64,000 nucleotides of DNA, taken from positions 39,928,001 through 39,992,000 of the forward strand of contig OZ024757.1 in the NCBI GenBank assembly GCA_964016885.1. The letters are read 5' to 3'. Positions within the stretch are counted from its first letter, which is position 1, and each line of letters opens with the position of its first letter. Source of the DNA: Eledone cirrhosa (Eukaryota). A program made the position numbers and the translations under genes. Below are positions 31,267-45,635 of the stretch, piece after piece. The notes beneath the pieces are model-generated. The model was not told the DNA's origin. It ran no database searches and saw only the letters and a program-made list of their open reading frames with translations.

Positions 31267-32178
31267 TTATATATACATATAGGAATTTAGGATTTGGTAG
31301 AGAGAGGAAGAGAGAGTCGGAAATACTCTATTTGGCATTGTACACTTTATCAATCGTTAGAACAAATTGTAAAGCTCAAGCTAAACACTTTCATATAAAC
31401 TGTAAAGTCTACATTTAATTCTAATTCTACTTGAATAATGTTATAATATCCGGTTGAAGCATATATTATGAAGTTCAACATTTCTATATCCTCACAAACA
31501 CAAATGTAGAGTCCTATACATATATATATATTAGTGTGTCTGAGAAGGTATATATATATATATATATATATATAGCTCTGGTCACAACGGCACAAATTCT
31601 ACATGTTGTATGTGTTTGGAAGAGAGAAAATTTTAACAAGTTACATTTATAGATTTACAGATAAAATTACCAGAGGCGAGCAAACGAGACAAAGTATTTC
31701 ATTGTTTGGGAGACGAATATGCGGAAGTTACAAACGGAAATCTGAGCTGGTATCTCTTCTATGATCAACACAGTGATGGCTTTCAAGATTTACACACATA
31801 ACTACACATTAAATCGAGTTGGCGAAAATAAATAACCTTCATCAAAGCGACGTGGACATGAAATATTGCATCTTGGAACAAACCGAAATAAACTTTCTTG
31901 CGAACTGTATAACCATAACATAATAGTGACTGCTATGACCTGTTTCCAAACTAACTCTTCAAACGTAAAATCGATTTTCTTCATCCGTGAGCAACTTCTA
32001 AACACACGTTAAGATGTAAAGTACGGTGAATAGCAATAAAATCATAGCTCTCATGTCACTTGTCAAAAGCTACGCGTTCCTATCCAGGTTTGGTTAAATT
32101 TTTAGTTTTCCTCTACATCAAAACTGTAAAATATATCAGACTGCACAAACAAGCACATGAATCTCGATATCACACACG

Positions 32179-32229
<51 letters not shown>

Positions 32230-32388
32230 CATATATACATACATACATATGCATATATACATACATACACACACACATGTATATCATTATATATATATAT
32301 ATATATATAAATACATAAACGCACACATGTATATCATACATACACACAAATTCTCTCTCTCTCTACATACATACATACATACACACAA

Positions 32389-32424
<36 letters not shown>

Positions 32425-33072
32425 TATATACACACACACACATATTTATATATACTAGAGCGTATATAGAAATATATGTATGTATCTATGTATGTGTATA
32501 TGTGTGTGTCCATATATATAAGTGCAGAGATTTAGGTGTCCTTTCTCTCGTAAATAACTCAGTACATAGTTTTTTCCCAATATATAAAAGCTATGGTGAT
32601 ATGTCATTCTGGAAATCTTTTTTCAAACTATGCTGACTCGGTTGCATTGTATGTTATCGCTGTTCAAGCCAAGGTGAAGTCTGATTGAACAAAGCTATGA
32701 TCAAAATCTTTCAAATTATGGGACAGTCGTCAGAGCACTTTCTTCGTTTCCAACCTTAGTGGACACAATTTAAACAGGAAAAGATTTAAAGACAACAGAT
32801 AAGGACAAAGGAATATAGGTGAAGGGCAAACCCAATTAATCGTGGAAATGGTCTTGTGATAGCATGTTCCACTATCGCCTCGGTTTCATAGTTGCCAATT
32901 CAGTATGTATACACAGGTACACATATTTACGAGCATGTATATATACATATATATATAGAATACATATTCTTAAAGATGCATATATATATATATATTTATA
33001 TATTTATATAGAATATATATTCCAAAAGATGCATATATATATATGTAGAAAACATATTCATAAACATGCATA

Positions 33073-33103
<31 letters not shown>

Positions 33104-33336
33104 TCGTACACACACACATCTGGTATTTTTCTCTAAAAAAATGGTTCCGGTTCCACCCTACGCGTCTCCTTACTCTTTCTATATTTTCTTTAATTTCTTA
33201 TTCTATTTTCCGATGAACGACAAGTGTCCGAAACATTCAGATTTTTTTCCTGTTATTTCTAGCGTCGTTAAAGAAATATATTTTGTCAATGTACCGTGTC
33301 GTTTGCTTTGGTATTCTTTCTTTTGCTCACACTCGC

Positions 33337-33369
<33 letters not shown>

Positions 33370-33785
33370 TTAATACATACATATCGGAATGAGAAAATAT
33401 CCATTTATTGTGAAAATATGAGTTAAAAATTATGACAAGCGATGTTAGTGATTAAACCTTTCATATATATATATTTTTTTCTTTGATATTTTGATTAAAC
33501 TATTCAAGTTGAGTTGCTGAAGTTTTCTTGCTTGAATATATGTCTGTAGCATATTTGTTACTTGTCAAAAAAATATATATAATGTGTCACTAGTTTTCTT
33601 CATCTATCGTACGACATCTACATCATAACACTGTACAGAATTATATCTGGCAAAATGTATTTGTGAAGAGGAAGAATATTAAAGATAAGCTAAGGTAAAA
33701 TTTAATAAACACCTTCATTTCTTCGTCGCTAATTATATTGAATAGAAATGAAAAGGGAAATCTAGTGATCAAATTATATGTATAT

Positions 33786-33835
<50 letters not shown>

Positions 33836-33884
33836 GATTGTATTATCAACTCAGCGAAATAAGCTTGCATACATACACACGCAC

Positions 33885-33945
<61 letters not shown>

Positions 33946-34009
33946 GGACGCAAATTTGCTGAGGGTGAAATGTTGAGAAATGAAGCGGAGTGGAGTCAGA
34001 TATTTATTG

Positions 34010-34560
34010 GTATATATATATATATATATATTTACATATACACACATATATATATATTTATATATACACACACATACATATATACATTATATATATATAT
34101 TTATATATACACACATACATATATACATTATATATATATATTTATATATACATACATACATATATATATACATTATATATATATATTTATATATGCACAC
34201 ATACATATATACATTATATATATATATATTTATATATACACACATACATATATACATTATATATATATATTTATATATACACACATACATATATACATTA
34301 TATATATATATTTATATATACACACATACATATATACATTATATATATATATTTATATATACACACACACATATATATATATATTTATATATACACATAT
34401 ATATATATATATATATTTATATATACACACACATATATATATATATTTATATATATACACACACATATATATATATATTTATATATATACACACACATAT
34501 ATATATATATTTATATATATACACACACACATATATATATATATATATACCTATACCTAT
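34010..34560. repeat. TA/CA minisatellite (~40-bp units)
   Basis: Repeated tttatatatacacacatacatatatacattatatatatata. Confidence 0.9.
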
Positions 34561-34887
34561 ATGTGAGTGTGTGTGATGTGTGTGTATGTGTGCTGTATGT
34601 GTATGTGTGATGTGTGTGTATGTGTGTAAAGAGAGATAAGTGAGATATAAAGAAATAATGAACTACGTTATAGAGGCATTCTGAATAAGGAATCAGAGAA
34701 GAAATTGAAATGGGAATTGTTGGGAGGTGAATATGATGGCGCTTCCAATATACATATGGCAATTAAATTTAAGGCTGCGTCTTCAAATTACCGAAATATG
34801 GCGAAGATGGGATGTGAATTGGAGAAGAGAAAACTTACAAAAACCTAGAAAGTAATACGAAAAGAAAGAGAAACAGAGCTTGGGGCA

Positions 34888-35292
34888 ATAATAATAATAA
34901 TAAGAATAAGAAGAATAAGAAGAATAAGAATAAGAAGAAGAATAAGAAGAATAAGAATAAGAAGAATAAGAATAAGAATAAGAATAAGACGAAGACGAAG
35001 ACAAATAAGAAGACAAAGAAGAAGAAGAAGACAAAGAAGAAGAAGAAGACAAAGAAGAAGAAGAAGACAAAGAAGAAGACGAAGACGAAGACGAAGAAGA
35101 CGGAGAAGAAGAAGACGGAGAAGAAGAAGAAGAAGACGGAGAAGAAGAAGAAGAAGAAGAAGACGGAGACGAAGAAGAAGAAGAAGAAGAAGACGAAGAC
35201 GAAGACGAAGACGAAGAAGACGGAGAAGAAGAAGAAGAAGAAGAAGAAGAAGACGAAGAAGAAGAAGAAGACGAAGACGAAGACGAAGAAGA
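34888..35292. repeat. (AAT)-(GAATAA)-(GAA/GAC)n compound triplet repeat
   Basis: Direct reading. Confidence 0.95.
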
Positions 35293-36730
35293 AACGCAAA
35301 TCAAGAAGAAAATCAAGCAAAATTTGAATGAGAATGCTTAAGATTTCTTGAAAAGAGAGAGAAATAAATCCGTCATTTTTGACGGATTCTGTGGTTTTAG
35401 ATTAATATTTCACGTTGATATCAAAATGAAGGAGACGATAATACAGTGCAATGAAACAGCGTGACAGATGATAAGATATATAATTATCTTAGATACATTT
35501 AGATTCTCTTATTAAAATTGCCTTCTTTCTTTTTATATAAAATAGGGTTTGTTGTAAAAAAGAATAATAGAGGAGAAAACATAGAAATATATATCCACAA
35601 AGACAAAATTTGAAAGTTTAATGTTTCATTGGAATTATTCACAATAATACGATTTCAAATATTGCTCAGAGACGACAACGTTTTCGTATTTCCAACAAGA
35701 GTCCACAAATTAAAGAACAAGCCACCGGGCGGATAACTGAATTAAGTGCAAGGATTACAGGAGCTGGTGCAGTAATGCACTAGTCCCAGCATTTTGTAAT
35801 GAGACGAATTGAGGTAAGGGTAAAAGCTAAACTCGCTGTCTTCAATTTTTCTCTTAATTTTTAAATTTTTTCTTACCCTATTTTTCTTCAATAAATTTTT
35901 GTTTGAAGAATTACGGGAAAATCTAACTAGCCACTTCTCCGAAATGCGAGATCATAGCCCCTATACTATATTCATGGGGTTAGAATGTCTCAGGAAAGAA
36001 TCGCTGGACACGTTTTGCAGGCAAAACCAACTAACAGGAGATCCAGCGATAGACCCGGAGCAAGATAGTTGGATAAAATCCATGAATTTGGCTGGTTTCA
36101 ATTGAGGAACCAACCAAATCAGTTGGAGACGATTTTGCTTCTGGTAGTATAGGACTCGCTGGCAGGAGTGTTTAAGGATTCTGTCCCAGCGATTACGACC
36201 TTGTTAGGATTAAGTGGGCGAAAAGGAAATGGACAGATAGACGAAGAAAAAGAAGACTTAAGAATACATAAATAAAATACAAAATACTGCAAAATCAAAC
36301 AGAAAAAAGCCAAACAAAGTCACACACAAATATATAATGATGCCGCCCTGGTAGCCGTTTGAGGATAAATACTACAAAATCAAAAGCAGACGTGTAAACA
36401 GAGTTGAAAAGCAATGCAATTATTTGATACGGAATTGTTTCCCCGTATACCAAAGATTACATGTCATTTAATCCATTATATTTTCGTTATTGTAATCAAT
36501 CTCCATTACGTTGTTACAACAAACATTAAACAAATACACACACACACATACGTCTGTGTGTATATACATATATATATATATAGAAACAAACATACATATA
36601 TATAACCATATATATGTACTTCCATATTGTTATGGAGGAACATCTAAACGCATACGAACACACACACGTCTGTGTATATATATATATGTGTGTATACATA
36701 TATGTGTGTATACATATATGTGTGTATACA

Positions 36731-36775
<45 letters not shown>

Positions 36776-37154
36776 CTATATATATATTTGTGTGGATATA
36801 TATGTGTGAGTGTATGTATATGTATATATATATATAAAATGTAATTTGGTTTCACGATTTCACACCGCTTTACTTACATATAAATCTGTATTTCACTTAA
36901 ACAAGTTGATCAAATAATATCACGTTAACACACACACGTTCTCTATATCTCTCTTTATATAATTCAGGGTGAGGAGCAGTCTATTACCTTTGCCAAAGGC
37001 CGCCAAGACTTATCTTGTCGAAAGAAGGAAAAGCAGTGTCCCCAGACGAGAGGTCAAACCCAAATAATTGTAACGGAGTGCCCTACACAATTAGTTCTAT
37101 AAGACAACGTTCCGTCGAATACAAACAGAAAATAGAGGACAGCCTGCCAATTTT

Positions 37155-37187
<33 letters not shown>

Positions 37188-37340
37188 ATTATTCAGTTGA
37201 TGAAAGTTGGTTGATCATATAATCCGCCGATGTTTTCGTAAACAGACGTAAAGCGCTAAAAAATTTGAATTATTTAAATACGTATAACAGAATGATGTAA
37301 TAAAATGATTGATGTACGAATAAAATCGTCTTTCTTACTA

Positions 37341-37377
<37 letters not shown>

Positions 37378-38394
37378 GTAAAACGTAAACAAAAATAACG
37401 ACACAATCGGTACAGTATATAGAAGGGATATATTAAGTTAACGCTTGATATAGCAGGAAGAGGGTCTTAACTTTCCGGACGCAAGTCCTTCATCGGCAGA
37501 AAGAATGAAAAATAAGATAGATTGAGGGGACGTGTGGGCTGGAATTGGAAAAAATGTCTTTAGATAAACATAACAGGTCCATTCATGTTGCAAAACTGTT
37601 GGTACTGGCGTTTTGTGTATGATAAAGACGTTATATATATGTATATGTTTTTAAACAGCAACATTTTGTTGCATAGTACTGATGGTAGAACACTTTAAAA
37701 TTGTAACCATAACATGTGTGCAACTACAACAAAGGTGGACTTGCCAATTGAGGAGAGAAATATTGACTTTGTTACAATTGATCATGATGTATGTAGTAAC
37801 ATTAGTAAGATCCAATAGATTAAGGTGAAAGAACTTGAAAATCATCATCTTTTTCTGTTGAGTTATAATCAAAGCAAATACCAGAAAAATGCATTTCATT
37901 TCAAACGTCAAACTCAATCCTTTTGCAATTAAATGTATTGGACTTTAAATTTTATTCAAACTTTTTACTCCATTAAAGCATAAATCTCTTTCATTTGTTT
38001 TAATTAAAAGCATCGCTTTTAATGAAGCAGCAGAATAAAGGAGACTACAATGGAGATAGCCTTCATGTGATTTATTTCCAATCATTAATCGCGTTCTTTT
38101 AAAGAAATCCATTCTAAGACTGATATTAATTTGAAGTTTGAAGGCCGGATAGCATAAATAACTTTGCACTTCTTCCTGTTGTTGCTGTTGTTTTTTGTCT
38201 TTAGATTTACGATATTTTTTCCCGTTTCTTTGTTTGTGTTTTGTTTTTATTTCATTTTATTTTTTTTTTCCACTTGCTTTCATTCTATGATTGTGGACAT
38301 TATTTTATCCCCAAACCATTTATAAAACTCATCCTTTCAATATTTGTACCGTGTAACTGATACTAGATTCCACTGAGTAATGTGTCAAAGAGCT

Positions 38395-38590
38395 AATGTG
38401 TCATAGTGGTAAATATGTTCGGCTCGGTATTGTGAGGCCGTGAGTTTGACTCCCGCAGTTATCGTTTGTCCTCGAGATAGACAATATATTTCACGCTGTG
38501 AGAATTTAATCGCCTGGCAAAAAAATAATTGCACCCATAATTCAAGGGGCGAGTCTTGTCACATTTTCTGCTCTAGTTGCACACGTGTTA
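38395..38590 (+). mobile_element. Diverged SINE-2-like copy
   Basis: tagtggtaa...cgtgagtttgactccc...tgtcctcgagatagacaatatatttcacgctg resembles the reverse complement of 62360-62480. Confidence 0.45.
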
Positions 38591-38910
38591 GTGAAATAAT
38601 TCACGAACGAATAGGCTGTTATTACTTTGTGAGAAAAACTAGTCCACTAGTCGTCGAAACAGACGGAGGTCCGGCATCCCAGAGATATGTTAGCATAGTG
38701 AACTTAATCACTCAGACATGCCTCCCTCTCCCTGGTTGACGTCCACCACTTGCCAGGGGTGTAGCAGCAAATAAGCGTGGCCAATTGCGGGTTGGTGAAG
38801 CTATATAAGTCATAGTTGGGGTGAATGGCAATATATATATATCGAGCCTAGGAAACAATGTTTCCATTGGTCTTTCCAATACTATTGCTATCCACCAGTC
38901 GCGAATCCAG

Positions 38911-39029
<119 letters not shown>

Positions 39030-39052
39030 TCACATTTATTAGTATTACTATA

Positions 39053-39246
39053 TTGGATTGGTAGTATCGGTAGAGGGTCCGACGCCATGCTTTGACGCAT
39101 AGAGTTACGGCCTTAGCCATTCTGAGTTCAAATCCCGCCGTGGTTAACTTTGCCTTTCATCCTTACGGGGTCGATAAAATAAAGTACCAGTAATGCACTG
39201 AGATAATTGCTGGCCTTGTGCCAAAAGTAGAAACAATTATTATTAC
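39053..39246 (+). mobile_element. SINE-1 full-length short form
   Basis: A-box-like tggtagtatcgg, B-box gagttcaaatccc, conserved body, (TAT)n tail. Confidence 0.85.
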
Positions 39247-39267
39247 TATATACATATATATATATAT

Positions 39268-39420
39268 AGTAATAATAATAAATGTGAAGGGCTCGATAAG
39301 GAGATAAATATATATCAAATATATAAAACCCTAGAGTAAATATTTATTGAGTTTCAGAAGATCCCGTTAAGGGTTAAAGCAGCGATTATTTGCTTAAACT
39401 TTAATCTGTTATTTTAATAA
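39268..39420 (+). mobile_element. Family D element
   Basis: Aligns along its length with 30892-31052. Confidence 0.7.
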
Positions 39421-39477
39421 ATAAATAAATGTATATATATATATAAGGGTTAAAATACTGGAGCGTGTTGGAGTTAA

Positions 39478-39519
39478 TTGCCCTGATGAGTCCTTAATAG
39501 GACGAAACATTGTCGGCTA
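39478..39519 (+). ncRNA. Minimal type I hammerhead ribozyme
   Basis: gcc-CTGATGA(39483-39489)-gtcct/taat/aggac-GAAA-cattg-TC-ggc. All core nucleotides are present, with 3-bp stem I (gcc/ggc), 5-bp stem II, near-palindromic mini stem III (acattgt) and a GUC cleavage triplet (after 39514). It lies in a ~115 bp insert between (TA)n tracts. Confidence 0.85.
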
Positions 39520-39561
39520 ATAAAGACTTTTGATGTATTGAAGGCTTCTTTGTTTTACTTT

Positions 39562-39616
<55 letters not shown>

Positions 39617-41032
39617 CATCCAGGGTTTTCTCACCCCTGTTGGAGGAACCCCTCCCAGGTTGTTCATCACTTCTTTCTGATTGGTTTTCGTCATTTAGGG
39701 TGTAGCTGTAAACACCAATTTTGTCCAATTGTTTGTTAGCAAGGCTATTTAACCCATAGTTGAGATAGATGGCCGTCGATTCTGAGATGTTCAACCACAA
39801 TTTCCATCCACTTTATTCAACAGAGGGTTAATACAAATACAAATAAATTATGCTCGGTTGAGGTTAATTACTTTAAACTTATATAATAATAAATGGACCA
39901 GTTAACTTGAATCACGATGTTCTTACATGTAAATCAATCAATATATATCTCTGTACCATATTCTTGGCTGATATATCTGATCATTTGTCGTTGTAGAGAT
40001 AAGAAGAAGAGAACTAATGAGACGAAAGATTTAAGTCATGATTCTTGTTTAAGGCTTGAATTGATTCTAACATATTTAGTTTTGTTTATATTTTGCTATA
40101 TATATATACATATAGTTATATCTATTTCAAATGTTCCTTGTGAACTTTTCGAAATTAATTTCATGTTTTCTTTTTTGTTTAGAATTGTATATATATATAT
40201 TACCATGTGTCTTCTTTTCCCAAGTGAAGATTAAAAGTGCTTCAAGCAAAGCTACATATTATTAAGTTTCTCACTGCTTTACTGCTACATATTGGAGAGA
40301 AAAAAAATTCTATACCAGAAATTTCCCTATTGTGTAAAGAACGTAACTTTAAATATACGTTTGTGAATGTTTTTTAACGCCACAAATACTATTATCGTGT
40401 GAAAATTTCGTTCCCTAACGAGAAAATAAAGAATGATTATACCAAAGAAATCTCGATACGAGATCCGAAGTGTTTGTTAGAAAATATTTACGCGCCATGA
40501 AGAAGTTTATATTAAAAACAATATCAGAATCATAAGGTAGAATATTAAACCATTAAAGGTTTAAATCATAAACCGTAGACAACAATCCTCAAAGCTGTAA
40601 GAGCCATCTCTCAAAGTTTATTTTAAGTAAATTATGGCAGCTGACAAGACCCAGAGTTTAATATTCTCAGAGTATGGGAAGCATTTAATAATGCAATTTA
40701 AAACGTTTTATGTGCTCTTGGAGAAAGTTAATCATCATTTACCATGTAAGTGCTTGAAGTATTTACTCAAACACTACACTTACTGCACAACATTCGATTG
40801 GGAACAGTACAAAATAAGATTTGGAACGACAAAATAGAATTCAGAACAACACAAAATATAATTTAGAAGGAAAGACAATATAATTTAGAACGACACAAAC
40901 TATAATTTAGATCAGATTGAGAAAGAGAGAGATAGAAAGAGGGAGAGAGAAAGAGAGAGAGAAAGAGAGCGAAAGAGAGCGAAAGAGAGAGACAGATAGA
41001 GCGAGGGACACAGAGTGAGAGAAAGAGAGAGA

Positions 41033-41083
<51 letters not shown>

Positions 41084-41334
41084 CATGCATGTTCTTCTGT
41101 GCACATCTAAGATGAAGGCACAACGTATGTTATGCCACTAGTGGGAGCACTTTAGTTGAATGTGTGTGTCCTCAACTGTTAGTGAACATGAGTAAACCCG
41201 TGACCAATGGTTTTCTATTGAGATTTCTAAATCCTATTGGATCAATCATGATTAATTGTATCGATCTATGGTATTACAATGCAAACGGAAGGAAATATAT
41301 AAAATACAAAAAAAAAAGATGGTTGATAGCTATG

Positions 41335-41911
41335 ACAACATTGACGACAGCAATGATGGTGGTGGTGATTGTGATTATGGTGATGGTGATAATGGTGATG
41401 GTGGTAATGGTGGTGATGTTGGTGATGATGGTGATGATGTTGGTGATGATGGTGGTGATGTTGGTGATGATGGTGATGATGGTGATAATGGTGGTGATAA
41501 TGGTGATGGTGGTGATGATGGTGATGGTGGTGGTGATGGTGATGGTGGTGGTGCTGGTGATGCTGGTGATGATGATGGTGGTGATGATGGTGATGATGGT
41601 GGTGATGATGATGGTGGTGGTGATGGTGGTGATGATGGTGATGATGGTGGTGGTGGTGATGATGGTGGTGGTGATGATGGTGGTGGTGATGATGGCGGTG
41701 GTGATGATGGTGGTGGTGATGATGGTGATGATAATGACAATGATGGTGGTGATGATGGTGATGATGGTGATGATATTAATAGTGATGGTGATGATAATAT
41801 TAGTGATGATTACGGTGATGATGACGATGATGATGATGACAACTACGACGAAGATGATGACGATGGTGATGACAACAACGATGATAACCATGACGACGAT
41901 GATGATGATGA
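41335..41911. repeat. (GGT/GAT)n triplet repeat
   Basis: Direct reading. Confidence 0.95.
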
Positions 41912-42235
41912 CTAAAAATACTAGAAAGGAAGGAAGGAAGTAATGGCGGAGTCGGGGGGTAAGTGGTAGAAAGCAAAACGACGGAATTCGGACAGCTATG
42001 ATTATTGCATTGATAACTAATAATCGATTGAATAAATCCAATATTGGTTTCAAACATCTATAGAACATAAAAAATGGTGGGCAGATTGTGGAATTTAGGA
42101 ATTGTGTGAAATATATGCAGTGTTCTTTCCTGTGTTTCTTCTATTTAGATGGAAATAATAGTTCCTCTACCTCGGTAATTATGTAGCATAGGAAACAGTT
42201 TTATTGTGAGGTGTTTTATTGAGAATAGTTTTATT

Positions 42236-42819
42236 CCACCCTCCACCAACACCACCACCAGCACCACCTCCTCCGCTGCTGCCATGAATACCAATACAAC
42301 TTTCATTATCATCATCATCACTATCTCCAATATCAATGTCGATACCAACATCATCATCAATATTAATATAACACTGCCGCCACAACCGCCACCTCCTCCA
42401 AAACTAATATCAATACCATCACCACCACCGCCAATACCACCACCATCACCACCAATACAAATAACAGTAGCATCACCATTGCCGCCAACACCACCGCCAC
42501 CAATACAAAGAGCAGTACCATCACCACTGCCGTCAATACCAATACCACCACCACCGACCTCATCACCACTACCAATACCACCATGACCCCTAATATCTAT
42601 AACACCATCGCCACCACCAGTGCCAATATCAACATCAACACAACCACCAATAGCAATACTACCAGAAATACCACCAACGTCACCACGAATACCAATATCA
42701 CTACCATCAGCGCCACCACCACCACTATCACCAATACCACCACCACCAACAATGCCACCACCATAACCATCATTACCACCACCATAACCATCATCACCAC
42801 TACCACCACCACCACCACT
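42236..42819. repeat. Degenerate (CAC/CAT)n repeat
   Basis: Direct reading. Confidence 0.9.
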
Positions 42820-43163
42820 TCCGTCCTTCGCAATTCCAATATATGAAATAAAAAAGGTTTTTCAGAGATTGATCTTAGGGAAAAAAAAAAAACAAAAAAA
42901 AAAACGCTAAACATTAAAAGCACAAAATAAAAAAAAAACACGATACAAAAAACAAAAACTAAAAAGAAAACAAAGGAATTCTTTGTTGTGACAACATATT
43001 GTTTTATTTTTATATTTGTTTAGCCCAAGACATTGGCCCCTGATCGAGCTGAACTACGATCAAAGACTTTCAACTCATAAATAACCCATATCCTGTCTCG
43101 TTCTTTATTTTATTTCCGTCTTAGAAGGAATATACTTCGTATAACCTTATATCATATTATCTG

Positions 43164-43580
43164 TTGGATCGGCAGTAATCGATAGAGCGTCGAACACCTT
43201 GTTCTGTGGCATAGAATTACAGCTCTTTACATTCTGAGTTCGAATCCTGCCGAGGTTAGCTTTGATTTTCACACTTACGAGGCGATTAAATTAAGTACCA
43301 GTAATGCCCAGGATTAATTGCTGGCCTTGTGCCAAAAGTAAAAACAATTATTATTATTATTATTGTGGGGTGGCAGTATCAGTAGAGCGTCTGACACCAT
43401 GCTTTGCGGCATAGAGTTACGGCCATTTATGATCTGAGTTCAAATACTGCCGAAGTTAGCTTTGCCTTTCATCCTTACTGCGTCGATAAAATAAAGTACC
43501 AGTTACGCACTGGGTTCGATTAATCAACTTTCCCTTCCCCTAAAATTGCTGGCCTTGTGCCTAAATCAGAAACGATTATC
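43164..43580 (+). mobile_element. Tandem SINE-1 pair (short then long)
   Basis: Two head-to-tail copies with B-boxes; candidate TSD attatc at 43156 and 43575. Confidence 0.85.
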
Positions 43581-43783
43581 CAATATGCTGCCTTTATATT
43601 TATTCCAATGAAAAAATAAATGATAAAATAGCCTTAGAGGGAGATTTAACTAGTAATTTCAGCAGGTCAAGCAACGATCATGTAGAGGCTATTTTCAACT
43701 CTGAGCAGAAAGGGTTGCACATATAATTATCTGTGAGGGGGTGAATTAATGTTAGACATCCCACAGCAAATATAATATTCGGA

Positions 43784-43938
43784 GACTACAGGACTAGAAC
43801 TGTTTCATTCAAAAGAAATCACCATGAAAGCTGACTGTAGCTGTAAAACAGCAATTTCTTTATTAAACCTGATGCTTATACTCTATTAATGTACTGAGTA
43901 CCTTACTAACACTGGCTACTACTGACCTAACCTAGGAC
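43784..43938 (+). mobile_element. Family B element (antisense arm plus tail)
   Basis: ctacaggactagaactgtttcattcaaaagaaatcacc, then a tail with tatactct...tactgagtaccttact like 59838-59870. Confidence 0.65.
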
Positions 43939-43959
43939 GCACACAGACATATGCACGCA

Positions 43960-45150
43960 TATATATATAGATAATATATAATATATATATATATATATAT
44001 AGATAATATATAATATAGATAATATATAATATAGATAATATATAATATATATAATATATATAATATGAAATATATATAATATATATAATATATAAAATAT
44101 ATAAAATATATAAAATATATAAAATATATAAAATATATAATATATATAATATATATATTATATATATTATATATATAATATATAAAATATATATAATATA
44201 TAATATATATAATATATATAATATATATAATATATATAATATATATAATATATATAATATATAATATATATAATATATATAATATATATAATATATATAA
44301 TATATATAATATATATAATATATATATAATATATATAATATATATAATATATATAATATATATAATATATAATATATATAATATAATATATAATATATAT
44401 AATATATATAATATATATAATATATATATATAATATATATAAATATATAATATATATATAATATAATATATAATATAATATATAATATATATATAATATA
44501 TATATAATATATATATAATATAATATAATATATATATAATATATAATTTATATATAATATATATATAATATATATATAATATATATATAATATATATATA
44601 ATATAATATATATATAATATATAATATATATAATATATAATATATATATAATATATATATAATATATATATAATATATGTATAATATATAATATATGTAT
44701 AATATATAATATATGTATAATATATATATTATATATAATATATATATTATATATAATATATATATAATATATATATTATATATAATATATATATAATATA
44801 TATATAATATATATATTATATATAATATATATATAATATATAATATATATATAATATATAATATATATATAATATATATATATTATATATATATAATATA
44901 TATATATTATATATATATAATATATATATATAATATATATATATAATATATATATATAATATATATATAATATATATATATAATATATATAATATAATAT
45001 ATATATATAATATAATATATATATATAATATAATATATATATATAATATAATATATATAATATAATATATATATATAATATAATATATATATATAATATA
45101 ATATATATATATAATATAATATAATATATATATATATATATAATATATAT

Positions 45151-45184
<34 letters not shown>

Positions 45185-45268
45185 ATATATATATATAATA
45201 TATATATAATATATATATAATATATATATAATATATATATATAATATATATATATAATATATATATAT

Positions 45269-45299
<31 letters not shown>

Positions 45300-45604
45300 A
45301 TATATATATAATATATATATTATATATAATATATATATAATATAATATATATATAATATAATATATATATATAATATATATATACAATATATATATAATA
45401 TATATATATAAATATATATATAATATAATATATATATATAATATATATATAATATAATATATATATATAATATATATATAATATAATATATATATATAAT
45501 ATATATATACAATATATATATACATATATATATATATATATTATATATATATAATATATATATATATAATATATATATATATAATATATATAATATATAT
45601 ATAT

Positions 45605-45635
<31 letters not shown>

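Noticed and set aside
39060-39140. tRNA gene at SINE heads
   Set aside because: A/B boxes are present but there is no cloverleaf, and the sequence is continuous with a dispersed SINE body.
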